A DNA stretch of 64,000 bases from an uncultured Candidatus Saccharibacteria bacterium (lineage in GTDB: Bacteria; Patescibacteriota; Dojkabacteria; SC72; JAFGCJ01). The notes beneath the pieces were generated by a model. That model did not search any database. It saw only the letters and a program-made list of their open reading frames with translations, and was not told the origin of the DNA. Where the stretch lies: contig CAZDUZ010000001.1 of assembly GCA_964508755.1 (NCBI GenBank), forward strand, positions 15,110 to 79,109. Reading direction: 5' to 3'. Shown here in pieces: positions 9,611-18,684 of this stretch; within the stretch, counting starts at the first letter, position 1; the number at the start of each line of letters is the position of its first letter. The position numbers were made by a program, and so were the translations under genes.

Positions 9611-10249
9611 TTGTTTATGAGTCCTTTAGTTCCAGGAAACATTCGAGATACTGATTTGTGGGTATATGCTTCTTCAAACGCTCCTGATGAGGAACCTATA
9701 GAAAAGCGTGCAGAAGAGGCCGGACTATCATTAACGGAGGCTCTGTTTGTTTTAGGAGAAAGATCATTTTCTGATGGTTTTCTATTAGAGGAGAGTAAAA
9801 GACGTATGGAATGTTGGGAAATTGAATGGCGGGATATCACCCTTAATGATGCCTATATCCGAGGACTTATGGTTGATGGAATTGAAAGAGGGGTATTAAG
9901 AGTATATCCTGACATGCGGTACTACTATGATAGCTCTGAGTGGGTGTCGGCGGTCAGTGCTACCTTTGAAAAACTACGAAACGAGTTTATAAGTTCTCCA
10001 TACTTCTTTGCCTCACGATTAGGACAAGGACTAGGGAGGTCATTGTTTCAAAAAGGTCGATTAACTCAGAGCGAGGAATCAGAAAGAGCTGTTCACATGA
10101 TGCAAGTAGAACAGTACTTGTGTATGTACTATCGGTTGTTAGAGTATGTCGTGGGAGATGACGATTTGGAGGAAATGTTTGTCTTTGGCTTTTGGACGGA
10201 GATTGATGAACTGCTAGCGTTAAGTTCCGGATGTCATGCCCAGGAATAA
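9611..10249 (+). CDS. Hypothetical protein (212 aa), probably co-transcribed with the preceding gene
   Basis: Starts 5 nt after the stop of 8895-9605. No motif recognised. Confidence 0.5.
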   Translation: MFMSPLVPGNIRDTDLWVYASSNAPDEEPIEKRAEEAGLSLTEALFVLGERSFSDGFLLEESKRRMECWEIEWRDITLNDAYIRGLMVDGIERGVLRVYPDMRYYYDSSEWVSAVSATFEKLRNEFISSPYFFASRLGQGLGRSLFQKGRLTQSEESERAVHMMQVEQYLCMYYRLLEYVVGDDDLEEMFVFGFWTEIDELLALSSGCHAQE

Positions 10250-10338
10250 CCGATTTTTCTTTGCCTGTTTATTGAACATTTTTTCCGACAGGGACATTGG
10301 CACGTGCGTGCTGCTCAATGTCCCCGTCGGGTGGGGGA

Positions 10339-10440
10339 TCAGACGGAGTAATCTTTATCCAAGATTTGGATGAAGGTATATCCGACGAACATGAGTGTGA
10401 GTATCCCCACGACCGCCCCCGCGATCTTCAGCGCCTTCAT
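10339..10440 (-). CDS. Small membrane peptide (33 aa, MKALKIAGAVVGILTLMFVGYTFIQILDKDYSV) with a perfect Shine-Dalgarno; not in the ORF track
   Basis: Minus strand reads AAAGGAGGTGATCAC-ATG (SD 7 nt upstream), then a 33-codon ORF containing a single TM helix. Locally GC-rich codons. Confidence 0.55.
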   Translation of the reverse strand: MKALKIAGAVVGILTLMFVGYTFIQILDKDYSV

Positions 10441-10552
10441 GTGATCACCTCCTTTCGGCACAGAATCGTTGAGCGGCATTCTACTATGGGTTTCGTATGT
10501 GTGTAAATATTGTTATGACGTGGCTTTTATTGCTACTCCGTTCAATCATTTC

Positions 10553-10581
10553 TTTACAACTTCTCATTCTCTCTCTATAAT
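10553..10581 (+). promoter_or_regulatory. Sigma-70-like promoter (-35 TTTACA, 17-nt spacer, -10 TATAAT) driving the leuS leader
   Basis: TTTACA at 10553-10558 and TATAAT at 10576-10581. The predicted TSS falls at about 10588-10589, only 2-3 nt before the leader-peptide ATG, implying a leaderless transcript. Confidence 0.5.
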
Positions 10582-10590
10582 TCCCCCTGT

Positions 10591-10641
10591 ATGACAACCA
10601 GTACATTTTACAGCTTGCTCAGCCTACTACTAGCCCAGTAA
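10591..10641 (+). CDS. Leu-rich leader peptide (MTTSTFYSLLSLLLAQ, 16 aa) of a leuS attenuator
   Basis: ATG at 10591 and stop TAA at 10639-10641. Five Leu in 16 aa, including three consecutive CTA codons. It lies between the promoter and the terminator hairpin. Confidence 0.5.
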   Translation: MTTSTFYSLLSLLLAQ

Positions 10642-10675
10642 ACGGGAGGCTTCTAGCTGTAAGAGTATTGCTATG

Positions 10676-10700
10676 AACCTCCTGAGAAGGAGGTTTTTTG
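10676..10700 (+). terminator. Intrinsic terminator / attenuator hairpin in the leuS 5' leader
   Basis: AACCTCCT-GAGA-AGGAGGTT is a perfect 8-bp stem with a tetraloop, followed by TTTTTTG. The upstream GGAGG at 10645-10649 can pair with the CCTCC of the 5' arm, giving a candidate antiterminator. Confidence 0.55.
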
Positions 10701-10744
10701 TTATCATAGGGCTGTCTGTGAGATGTGGAGAGTTCATCCATCTC

Positions 10745-13204
10745 ATGATGAAATTTTATTTTAAATTAGAACTAACCGTGACACCATACAACCCGAAATC
10801 ATTCGAAAAAAAATGGCAGGATACATGGTATTCCTCTGATGTGTACCATGCTGATGATTTTTCTAAGAAACCCAAATATTATATTCTCAGTGAGTTTCCC
10901 TATACTTCTGGAGATGGGGTGCATATTGGACACTGCAAGACCTATACCATGACCGATGTCATGGCTCGTCATGCCCGTATGAAAGGGAAAAACGTCTTGT
11001 ACCCCATGGGATGGGACGCATTCGGACTCCCAACCGAGAATTATGCAATAAAGACGAAGATTAATCCGAAAATTATAACCAAAGAGAACGTCGCAAATTT
11101 CAAGAGACAAATGCAGATGATGGGATGGTCTTTTGACTGGAGCAGAGAAATTGATACAACACAGCCCGAATATTATAAGTGGACCCAATGGATTTTCTTG
11201 AAGCTTTTTGAGAAAGGTCTTGCATACAAAGAAGAGATGCCGATTAACTGGTGTCCGAAATGCAAAACCGGTCTCGCAAACGAAGAGGTGGTAAACGGAA
11301 AACATGAGCGATGCGGAAGCGGGGTAACAACTAAGAAATTGAATCAATGGATGCTCAAAATTACTGCATATGCAGATCGATTAGCAGATGAACTTGAGGG
11401 TCTTGATTATTCGGAAAGTATTGTCGCAGCTGAGAGAAACTGGATTGGAAGGAAAGAATGGATTGATATCACGTACCCGATTGATGGTTCTGATGAGTCA
11501 ATTATCGTTTCTACCACAAGACCCGATACAAACTTTGGTGCAACCTTTGTCGTATTAGCACCAGAACATCCGGTCTTGAGCAAGGAAAAAGGACTTGTAC
11601 CAGAGCAATATCGTCAATCCGTGGATGAATATATTAGTAAAGCATTGAGTAAGACAGAGGAAGAACGTATTGCGGAAGGTCGAGAAAAAACGGGAGCTTT
11701 TACTGGGATGTATTGTATTAATAGGCTTAACGGAGAGAAACTTCCAATGTATGTTACTGATTTTGTACTCATGACTGTTGGTACCGGTGCAGTAGTTGGT
11801 GTTCCCGGACATGATAAACGTGACTTCGAATTTGCTCAGAAATTCAATCTTCCAGTTGTTCGTGTGGTACGAGGAAAAGATGGAGACGAATCAGACATTA
11901 CTTCTATTGATCAGGTGCAGGAAGAAGAGGGAACGATTATGAATTCAGATTTTCTAAATAATCTGGATATTCACGATGCTACTACAAAAGTGATGGACTA
12001 TTTGGAGGAGAAGGGGTGGGGGAAACGAGTAATTCGGTATCATCTTCGTGATTGGTTGTTTTCACGTCAGCATTACTGGGGTGAACCAATTCCTATCATT
12101 CATTGTGAAAAATGTGGTGCCGTACCAGTTCCCGAAGAGGATTTGCCGGTAGAACTTCCTGATGTCGTTTCGTATGAACCGACAGATACGGGAGAATCAC
12201 CCCTTGCTTCTATTACTGAATGGGTTAACGTGAAGTGCCCGGAATGTGGAGGCGAAGCGAAACGTGAAACTGACACTATGCCTAACTGGGCTGGATCAAG
12301 TTGGTATTACTTGCGTTTCTGTGACCCACATTGTGAAACAGGTATAGCAGACAAGAAAAAACTAGAGTACTGGATGCCGGTCGATTTTTATGATGGAGGA
12401 GCTGAGCATGTAACGCTTCATCTATTATATTCACGATTCTGGCACAAATTTCTTAATGATATTGGTGTGGCTCCCGGAATAGAACCATACAAATCGCGTA
12501 GAAATCACGGGATGCTTCTTGGGGAAGGTGGAACAAAAATGTCGAAATCACTTGGAAACGTCATTAATCCTGATGATTTGGTAGAGCAGTTTGGAACTGA
12601 TGTCGTACGGCTCTACCTAATGTTTGTAGGACCCTATGAAGGTACGAGCGAGTGGAGTGAGCGTGCAATTCAAGGAGTAGACCGCTTCGTGAAGAGATTT
12701 TGGGAGTTTCTTACCCAAAATCTTGAAAATCCAGCAGATTCCTGTGATGAGGATGTGGAGAAAGCAGTTTCCGTTCTTGTTAAAACGATTGACCGCAATA
12801 TACCATCAAGGAGATTCAACACATCGGTTGCAAGCATTATGGAGTTTTACAATAAGACGAAAGACAAGACATTATGTAAGGAGTGTCTTTCGTCGGTTCT
12901 TATTGCGATCGCTCCTTTCATGCCGCATCTTTCTGAAGAATTGTGGAATACCATGGGACATAAAGATTCTATTCATAAAGAGCAGTGGCCTAAGGTTAAG
13001 GAGGTTGCCCGAGATGCCATGGTTGAGATTCCTGTTCAGATAAATGGAAAGATCAGATCGAAAATTACCATACCTGCATCAGCTGTTGAGAAGGCAGTGC
13101 TCGCTGTTGCTCTTGAAGATGAAAAAGTTCAGAAGAACCTTGCAGGCAACGATCCTAAAAAAGCTATCTATGTTCCTGGAAAGATTCTTACCATAGTCGT
13201 ATAA
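10745..13204 (+). CDS. leuS: Leucyl-tRNA synthetase
   Basis: HIGH motif (DGVHIGHCKTY) and KMSKS motif (TKMSKSLGNV). The editing-domain region and anticodon-binding C-terminus are of LeuRS type. The ORF-track start at 10673 would translate the terminator hairpin, so the ATG at 10745 (MMKFYF...) is preferred. Confidence 0.9.
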   Translation: MMKFYFKLELTVTPYNPKSFEKKWQDTWYSSDVYHADDFSKKPKYYILSEFPYTSGDGVHIGHCKTYTMTDVMARHARMKGKNVLYPMGWDAFGLPTENYAIKTKINPKIITKENVANFKRQMQMMGWSFDWSREIDTTQPEYYKWTQWIFLKLFEKGLAYKEEMPINWCPKCKTGLANEEVVNGKHERCGSGVTTKKLNQWMLKITAYADRLADELEGLDYSESIVAAERNWIGRKEWIDITYPIDGSDESIIVSTTRPDTNFGATFVVLAPEHPVLSKEKGLVPEQYRQSVDEYISKALSKTEEERIAEGREKTGAFTGMYCINRLNGEKLPMYVTDFVLMTVGTGAVVGVPGHDKRDFEFAQKFNLPVVRVVRGKDGDESDITSIDQVQEEEGTIMNSDFLNNLDIHDATTKVMDYLEEKGWGKRVIRYHLRDWLFSRQHYWGEPIPIIHCEKCGAVPVPEEDLPVELPDVVSYEPTDTGESPLASITEWVNVKCPECGGEAKRETDTMPNWAGSSWYYLRFCDPHCETGIADKKKLEYWMPVDFYDGGAEHVTLHLLYSRFWHKFLNDIGVAPGIEPYKSRRNHGMLLGEGGTKMSKSLGNVINPDDLVEQFGTDVVRLYLMFVGPYEGTSEWSERAIQGVDRFVKRFWEFLTQNLENPADSCDEDVEKAVSVLVKTIDRNIPSRRFNTSVASIMEFYNKTKDKTLCKECLSSVLIAIAPFMPHLSEELWNTMGHKDSIHKEQWPKVKEVARDAMVEIPVQINGKIRSKITIPASAVEKAVLAVALEDEKVQKNLAGNDPKKAIYVPGKILTIVV

Positions 13205-13267
13205 GAAACTTGTAATGATAGGAAAATCTATGGAATTATGATCATAGCTCCACACCTTTGGTGACTT

Positions 13268-13276
13268 TGCTATAAT
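13268..13276 (+). promoter_or_regulatory. Candidate extended -10 promoter element (TGcTATAAT) upstream of the cyclophilin gene
   Basis: Perfect TATAAT preceded by a TGn motif, 34 nt upstream of the start codon. There is no good -35. Confidence 0.3.
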
Positions 13277-13309
13277 AAAGTTCGAAGATAATCTGTAAAT
13301 TGATTAACA

Positions 13310-14182
13310 ATGGGCGCATTGAATCCAGGAGACTTAATGAAAGACCACAAGGGAGTACTGGTGCCACTTGCTTTGGTTCTAGTAATCGTGCTTGGTATTG
13401 GTGCCTTTTTCGGTGAAGGTGGAGACTATCTTTCTTCCGGCGGTATTGAAAGTGAGAAAAATGAGCAGGAAGAAATTAATGAATCGAAGGAAACCTATTC
13501 ATCTGCTCCCTCAATGCAAATAGATGAAGACGATGATTATATTGCCGTCATTGAAACAAATTTCGGTACGATAGAAGTCGATCTCTTAGAAAAAAACGCT
13601 CCGAAAACAGTAAACAATTTTGTGTTTCTTGCAGAAGATGGGTTCTACGACAACCTTACGTTTCATCGAGTTGTAGAGGGTTTTGTCATTCAAGGGGGTG
13701 ATCCCAAAGGTGATGGAACGGGAAATCCTGGCTATGCATTTGGTGATGAGATCAATCCAGATTCAATCGGTTTAGATACGATATTGGTAAAGCAGGCTGA
13801 TTTTCTTGCAGGTCTATACAGTACATGGAATGCTGCAACAATGGCCTACGCCCCGAATAATCTTCGTGAGCATGCAAATGATACGTTGGCAGACTTTTAT
13901 GAGAATGAGGTTGGATATGATTATGATTATAGTATAAATAGTGTCCGGTTTGCTCCTGGGGTATTAGCTATGGCGAATTCGGGTCCAAATACAAATGGCT
14001 CGCAGTTTTTCATTACCGTCGGAAATTCTGAACCAAGTCAGTTAAATGGGAGACATACCGTATTTGGAAAAGTACTCGATGGAATGGATGTTGTGGATGA
14101 AATAGCTGAAGTTCCCGTGGACAGAAATCAAAAGCCTATTGATACTGTACGTATTGAGTCTATTACCATTGAGAAACGGTAA
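13310..14182 (+). CDS. Cyclophilin-type peptidyl-prolyl cis-trans isomerase with N-terminal membrane anchor and acidic linker
   Basis: [30 protein letters not shown] and GSQFFITV are cyclophilin signature blocks. N-terminal hydrophobic helix [19 protein letters not shown]. Confidence 0.85.
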   Translation: MGALNPGDLMKDHKGVLVPLALVLVIVLGIGAFFGEGGDYLSSGGIESEKNEQEEINESKETYSSAPSMQIDEDDDYIAVIETNFGTIEVDLLEKNAPKTVNNFVFLAEDGFYDNLTFHRVVEGFVIQGGDPKGDGTGNPGYAFGDEINPDSIGLDTILVKQADFLAGLYSTWNAATMAYAPNNLREHANDTLADFYENEVGYDYDYSINSVRFAPGVLAMANSGPNTNGSQFFITVGNSEPSQLNGRHTVFGKVLDGMDVVDEIAEVPVDRNQKPIDTVRIESITIEKR

Positions 14183-14189
14183 TGCTTCA

Positions 14190-14519
14190 TTAGTCCGCTA
14201 AGGGCATTGGAATGGTAGACAATTCGAGAAGGAGTTCTTCATTATCGTTTTCAGCTTTTCGTACTCTGAATTGATGACTGCATTCTGTGCACTGATATGC
14301 AATTTGTGTATTTCCATTACGAACAAGTAGGCCAACGGGTTTCATGAGACCGTGACACTGAGCGCGCCGATCTCCCGGGTAAATGTCGACATGCTTGGAA
14401 TAGAGACATTGAGGACAATGGTCGGTATAACCGTCACCTTCAATCGAAAATCCACAGTTTTCACAAGCAAATGACTCGATCGTACGTTGAAATTTTTTAG
14501 AAGGGAGTGGCAAATCCAT
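14190..14519 (-). CDS. Zinc-ribbon protein (Cys-rich, possibly RNHCP-like)
   Basis: Two CxxC pairs (CENCG ... HCPQC) and CTECSH. Overlaps the stop of the upstream gene by 1 nt, suggesting an operon. Confidence 0.5.
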   Translation of the reverse strand: MDLPLPSKKFQRTIESFACENCGFSIEGDGYTDHCPQCLYSKHVDIYPGDRRAQCHGLMKPVGLLVRNGNTQIAYQCTECSHQFRVRKAENDNEELLLELSTIPMPLAD

Positions 14520-14911
14520 TAAATGAGCATCGGAAGACCTCTTAATTTTCGATTAATGGGGTCAAGAATCAGACCAAACGTTTCTAAGGTCACTGCACCC
14601 AGTAGAAAAATACCTGGATCACCAAAAACAACAGGAGAGGTTACTTTCTGGCCTTTATACTCAAAGGTTGCTTCACCGACTTGTTTCGTAAGTGTTTGCC
14701 CGTTTGCGAGTGAGAAATCCATTTTGCGTGTGGGAGATATTCCCAGCTTTTGCATAACCGTTTCATCTATAACTGAATAAATCGCACCGCTGTCCACCAA
14801 AAATTTGCGTGAAAACGTTTTCTTTGCATCGAGGGGATTTGAGATCTTGATCGTAATGAACGTAAGTCCCATAACATCATTATAGCATACCCAAGAACCG
14901 ATAGTGTACAT
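14519..14911 (-). CDS. Retropepsin-like (clan AA) aspartic protease
   Basis: FLVDSGA catalytic D-S/T-G-A motif within a 130-aa single-domain protein. Confidence 0.65.
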   Translation of the reverse strand: MYTIGSWVCYNDVMGLTFITIKISNPLDAKKTFSRKFLVDSGAIYSVIDETVMQKLGISPTRKMDFSLANGQTLTKQVGEATFEYKGQKVTSPVVFGDPGIFLLGAVTLETFGLILDPINRKLRGLPMLI

Positions 14912-15002
14912 TCAATTCGGTCTTGTAGGTTATTACTGAAAGAGAAAACTGAATCTTGATTTTTCATACTGTTTTCATCTTGACCAAGTACTATTCAATA
15001 TT

Positions 15003-15686
15003 ATGAATGTGATGCAACATATTGGTAAAAATAAGAAGGTTATGATCCTGATTACGATTGGACTTTGCATGATTCTCGTAAGCGGAGTAGGAATGTATGT
15101 ATTGCGAGACAGTAAAGACAATACTGAATTGACGAATTCTTGGATTAATAGCGAAATCAATATGGTGGAAATCGAGGATGTATCTGGAGATTCGACTTCC
15201 GAAGTGACCAATACCTGTACTGGTCATTGGATTGATGTTTCTGGAAGTGTCGTAAATTCAGGTATTTATTGTCTCGAATCGACAAAAACAATTGCAGATG
15301 CGCTTGATAAAGCGGGAGGTCTTCGCGAAGAAGCTTGCCTTCAGTGGATCGAAAGAAGTCTTAACCGTGCAGAATTGATAACACCTTCAAAGAAACTATA
15401 CATACCCTCAAAAAGTGATAGTGAATGTCTGGAACTGAATATTATATCTACTAATGAAAGTTTGACTTCGCCTGCATCTACTTCCAATAAAGGTATCTGC
15501 TCAAATGGTTTAATAAATATTAACAGTGCTGATGCAACGCTGCTGGATACTTTACCGAATGTCGGACCCTCCCTCGCAGGAAAAATCATCGATGCACGAC
15601 CATATAAGTCACTCAATGATTTAAAAAACATTGGGGGTATTGGAGAAGCAACGTATGGAAAAATTGCTCCTTTGATTTGCCTGTAG
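15003..15686 (+). CDS. comEA: ComEA-like DNA receptor (TM anchor, SLBB-like region, C-terminal tandem helix-hairpin-helix)
   Basis: C-terminus ININSADATLLDTLPNVGPSLAGKIIDARPYKSLNDLKNIGGIGEATYGKI is the ComEA HhH DNA-binding signature. Confidence 0.8.
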   Translation: MNVMQHIGKNKKVMILITIGLCMILVSGVGMYVLRDSKDNTELTNSWINSEINMVEIEDVSGDSTSEVTNTCTGHWIDVSGSVVNSGIYCLESTKTIADALDKAGGLREEACLQWIERSLNRAELITPSKKLYIPSKSDSECLELNIISTNESLTSPASTSNKGICSNGLININSADATLLDTLPNVGPSLAGKIIDARPYKSLNDLKNIGGIGEATYGKIAPLICL

Positions 15687-17227
15687 AGGTGTCTGATGTA
15701 TCAAGTCTTAAATTTATAGATATTCCCCCAATTGTGTTATTTTCGCTTGCTGTTGGTGTTGCCTCGGCATTTGCACGGCCTTATTTTGTGGCTATTCTTC
15801 TCGTTGTTGTCACTCTTTTGTGCATAGTTCTCAAAATGAAGCTGTGGGGGGCTGTGGGAGGGGTTGCGTGCATCTTACTTCGTATGTTGCTCGTAAGTTC
15901 ATATGATATTTCTGATGAACATATATCTCACCACAATGGGAAGTACGGATGCTTTCTGGGATATGTAGGTAGGGAAATAGTGGCAAAAGAATCGTCGGTA
16001 AGAGCTATGGTCGAAGTCAACTACCTCTGTACTCCTGGAAGCAATAAAGTTGACGGGGAAGATTGTGTATCCGCGGCAGGAAAGGTTCTCGTCTGGTTTC
16101 CAAGATATGCCACTATTCGCTATGGAGAATTATGGCATTTTTGCGGTGTTCTGGAGGAGCCTCCGCCAGAAGTAAACGGATTTCCATATGCACAGTATCT
16201 AGAAGAAAAAAACGTGTTTTCGTTGATGTATCGATGTACCGCGGAAAATTATTCAAACCGAAGAGGGAATGCTGTAGATCTTCTTTTCTGGGATATCGGC
16301 GATTTTCTTGGAAACCGTATTGAGCAGAGGCTTCCTGAACCTCACGCATCCCTCATGTCTGGCATGCTTTTTGGTTTTAGATCGGATCAATTTCCTGATT
16401 TTTCGCAGAACCTACAGCGGACAGGAGTCACTCATGTCATCGCAGCTTCTGGTTTTAATGTTTCAATTGTTATGACTTTTATTAATGCACTAACGTCATT
16501 TCTTCCAAGGAAGTCGCGGGTGGCGGTATCCATCGTGAGTGCATGGGCATTCTCTTTGATTGCGGGAGGTAGTATTCCGGTTATTCGTGCTGCATTAATG
16601 TCAACGTACTCTTCGGTTGGTTCGTTAGTTGGATTTACTCCGTCAGCTCGTGTCTCTCTTATGTTTACCGGAGCATTACTCCTATTGGTGAGCCCGGATT
16701 ATATGAGCGATATCAGTTTCCAGCTTTCTTATGCTTCAACTGCAGGGCTTTTATACATACTTCCCGTACTTGAGAGTTTACTGAATAAGTGGTGGAGAAA
16801 TGTTTTTGAAAACGGTTTAGTAACAATTGCAGCAATGATAGCAACAACACCAATAAGTCTGTATCACTTCGGTACATTTTCACTTGTGTCTCTACCAGCG
16901 AATATGCTGATACTTCCTCTTGTTACGCCTTCAATGATCGCGGGAGCAGTCATTTGTGTGATTCCAGGCGGTATGAAAGGCGTTCTTGGTCTAATTTCTT
17001 TGGTGTCCTGGGTGCCTCTCGATATATTTGAGAAGGTTGTAAATTGGCTTTCTGGAGTCGATAACGCGATGGTTGAGGTAGGAAGTCCATCATTTATTAT
17101 GGTCTTGTTGTTCTACTGTGGCGTGGGGTTGTTTCTATTGTGGGTGGATAAGTGGAAGAAGTCTACTTCCTCAATATTTCCAGGAGGTAATTATGCTGAG
17201 TTGCTCGTTGGAAGGGCTTGTTTGTGA
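15677..17227 (+). CDS. comEC: ComEC/Rec2 competence channel, membrane (N-terminal and competence-domain) part
   Basis: Polytopic membrane protein with ComEC-like topology. Followed in another frame by the MBL domain that normally forms the ComEC C-terminus. Confidence 0.65.
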   Translation: MPVEVSDVSSLKFIDIPPIVLFSLAVGVASAFARPYFVAILLVVVTLLCIVLKMKLWGAVGGVACILLRMLLVSSYDISDEHISHHNGKYGCFLGYVGREIVAKESSVRAMVEVNYLCTPGSNKVDGEDCVSAAGKVLVWFPRYATIRYGELWHFCGVLEEPPPEVNGFPYAQYLEEKNVFSLMYRCTAENYSNRRGNAVDLLFWDIGDFLGNRIEQRLPEPHASLMSGMLFGFRSDQFPDFSQNLQRTGVTHVIAASGFNVSIVMTFINALTSFLPRKSRVAVSIVSAWAFSLIAGGSIPVIRAALMSTYSSVGSLVGFTPSARVSLMFTGALLLLVSPDYMSDISFQLSYASTAGLLYILPVLESLLNKWWRNVFENGLVTIAAMIATTPISLYHFGTFSLVSLPANMLILPLVTPSMIAGAVICVIPGGMKGVLGLISLVSWVPLDIFEKVVNWLSGVDNAMVEVGSPSFIMVLLFYCGVGLFLLWVDKWKKSTSSIFPGGNYAELLVGRACL

Positions 17228-18129
17228 GAATCAATTGGTTGAAATCTGTGTTATATGGTTCGGGGCTTCTGATTTGGGTTCTTATTTATCAGACGCCTTT
17301 GATTGTTTCGGGCGCAAAGGTTTCATTCCTTGATGTAGGGCAGGGAGATTCTATACTTATTCGAAGTGGTAAAGGTCAAACGGTTCTTATTGATGGAGGA
17401 CCAGATGTATCGGTAATAACAGAACTTGGAACCGTTCTCCCTGTATGGGAAAGAGAGATCGATATTGTTGTGTTAACTCACGCGCATGATGATCACTTGT
17501 TGGGACTATTCGACGTGCTGAAGCGTTTTTCAGTAAAAGTTGTTATTGTAAGAGAAAAGACGTGCGATAGCAAAGTATGTCATGAATTGCTAATGTTGTG
17601 TAAAGAGCTTGAAATCAAAATCTTAGATCTTGATTCCCTTGAACCTCCGTATCAGATAGTGTTGGATGATCTGTCTCTTTCCTTTTGGTGGTCTAAGAAT
17701 GAAACACTACTCGATAATATAAATAACAGTTCAGTCGTGACTGTTCTTTTTCATGAATCGGGGCGATTTTCTGCGATACTGACAGGAGACTTAGAAGAAG
17801 GCGCTGAATATGAATTAATTAACGCATCTTCATTTTGGTATCAAATTGTTGCTACACATGTCACTCGAAGTTCTTCAAGCTTATTTACTGTGCTGAAAGC
17901 AGGTCATCATTGTTCACGTACCGCTAGTTCTGATGATTTTCTTCGTACGACAAAGCCTCTGTATGTTTTATGCAGTTTGGGAAAGGATAACCGTTTTGGT
18001 CATCCTCACGAAGAGACAATTGAAAGACTTCGAAATACCGAAAGTACTGTATTACGGACTGATCTTGATGGACGGGTAACTTTTTATATAGAAAACGGTA
18101 GGGTTGAAAGGGAGAGATTGGGCAGGTAG
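17218..18129 (+). CDS. comEC: ComEC C-terminal metallo-beta-lactamase domain, encoded as a separate or frameshifted ORF
   Basis: VSFLDVGQGDSILI ... VVLTHAHDDHLLGL is the HxHxDH MBL motif. It overlaps the previous ORF by 10 nt in a different frame. Its only start is TTG 17218 with no correctly spaced SD. Confidence 0.6.
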   Translation: MFVRINWLKSVLYGSGLLIWVLIYQTPLIVSGAKVSFLDVGQGDSILIRSGKGQTVLIDGGPDVSVITELGTVLPVWEREIDIVVLTHAHDDHLLGLFDVLKRFSVKVVIVREKTCDSKVCHELLMLCKELEIKILDLDSLEPPYQIVLDDLSLSFWWSKNETLLDNINNSSVVTVLFHESGRFSAILTGDLEEGAEYELINASSFWYQIVATHVTRSSSSLFTVLKAGHHCSRTASSDDFLRTTKPLYVLCSLGKDNRFGHPHEETIERLRNTESTVLRTDLDGRVTFYIENGRVERERLGR

Positions 18130-18288
18130 GGGGTGAAACTGCAATATCGATAGAATTTCTTTGTACTATTATTACGTTACATTCCCTTCCTATGGTAAAA
18201 TAGCGCGTCGTACGAAAATATGCACTGGCTGTACTGTGAAAGGGTAGTTTGCTTGAGTTTTGGCTTACCTATTGCAAGCTCTTCGTAT

Positions 18289-18361
18289 GCACCTGTAGCT
18301 CAGTGGATAGAGCAACTGCCTTCTAAGCAGTAGGTCGTCGGTTCGAATCCGACCGGGTGCG
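18289..18361 (+). tRNA. tRNA-Arg (anticodon TCT)
   Basis: Cloverleaf: acceptor GCACCTG/CGGGTGC, anticodon stem ACTGC/GCAGT, loop CTTCTAA, T-loop TTCGAAT. Confidence 0.8.
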
Positions 18362-18424
18362 TATGTAAAAAAGGCCTGCTGAATACGGAGTATGTATTGT
18401 TCGTGAGATGCTCAAGTTGCATGT

Positions 18425-18497
18425 GCATCCATAGCTCAACGGATAGAGCACTGGTTTGCGGAACCAGAGGTTAGAGGTTCGAATCCTCTTGGATGCG
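18425..18497 (+). tRNA. tRNA-Arg (anticodon GCG)
   Basis: Close overall resemblance to E. coli tRNA-Arg(ACG), but the anticodon loop is TTGCGGA (stem CTGGT/ACCAG). The ACG isoacceptor is replaced by GCG. Confidence 0.7.
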
Positions 18498-18547
18498 TTT
18501 TTTGATAAACAGTTTCTATCAGAATATTAACGGAGAATGTTGTATTA

Positions 18548-18621
<74 letters not shown>

Positions 18622-18684
18622 TATAATACATTTAGTTTGTGTCGCTTCGTTCATTTTGTTATACTTTTCTTTAGAATAAAAATA

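Noticed and set aside
10673-10744. N-terminal 24 codons of the track's leuS ORF
   Set aside because: They would translate through the perfect terminator hairpin (NLLRRRFFVI is the hairpin read as codons). The start was moved to ATG 10745.
10799-11347. 182-aa antisense ORF inside leuS, with similar antisense ORFs inside mreB (31834-32442), the surface proteins (4102-4768), the Lon-like gene and others
   Set aside because: Long antisense frames are expected in genes of this size. None has a start context or motifs.
14980-15005. TTGACC promoter for comEA
   Set aside because: No -10 hexamer exists at acceptable spacing. The only TATTAT overlaps the start codon.
17193-17333. 46-aa ORF with perfect AGGAGG-ATG in frame 0
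   Set aside because: It is probably a by-product of the ComEC frameshift region rather than an independent gene. It is noted within the ComEC finding.
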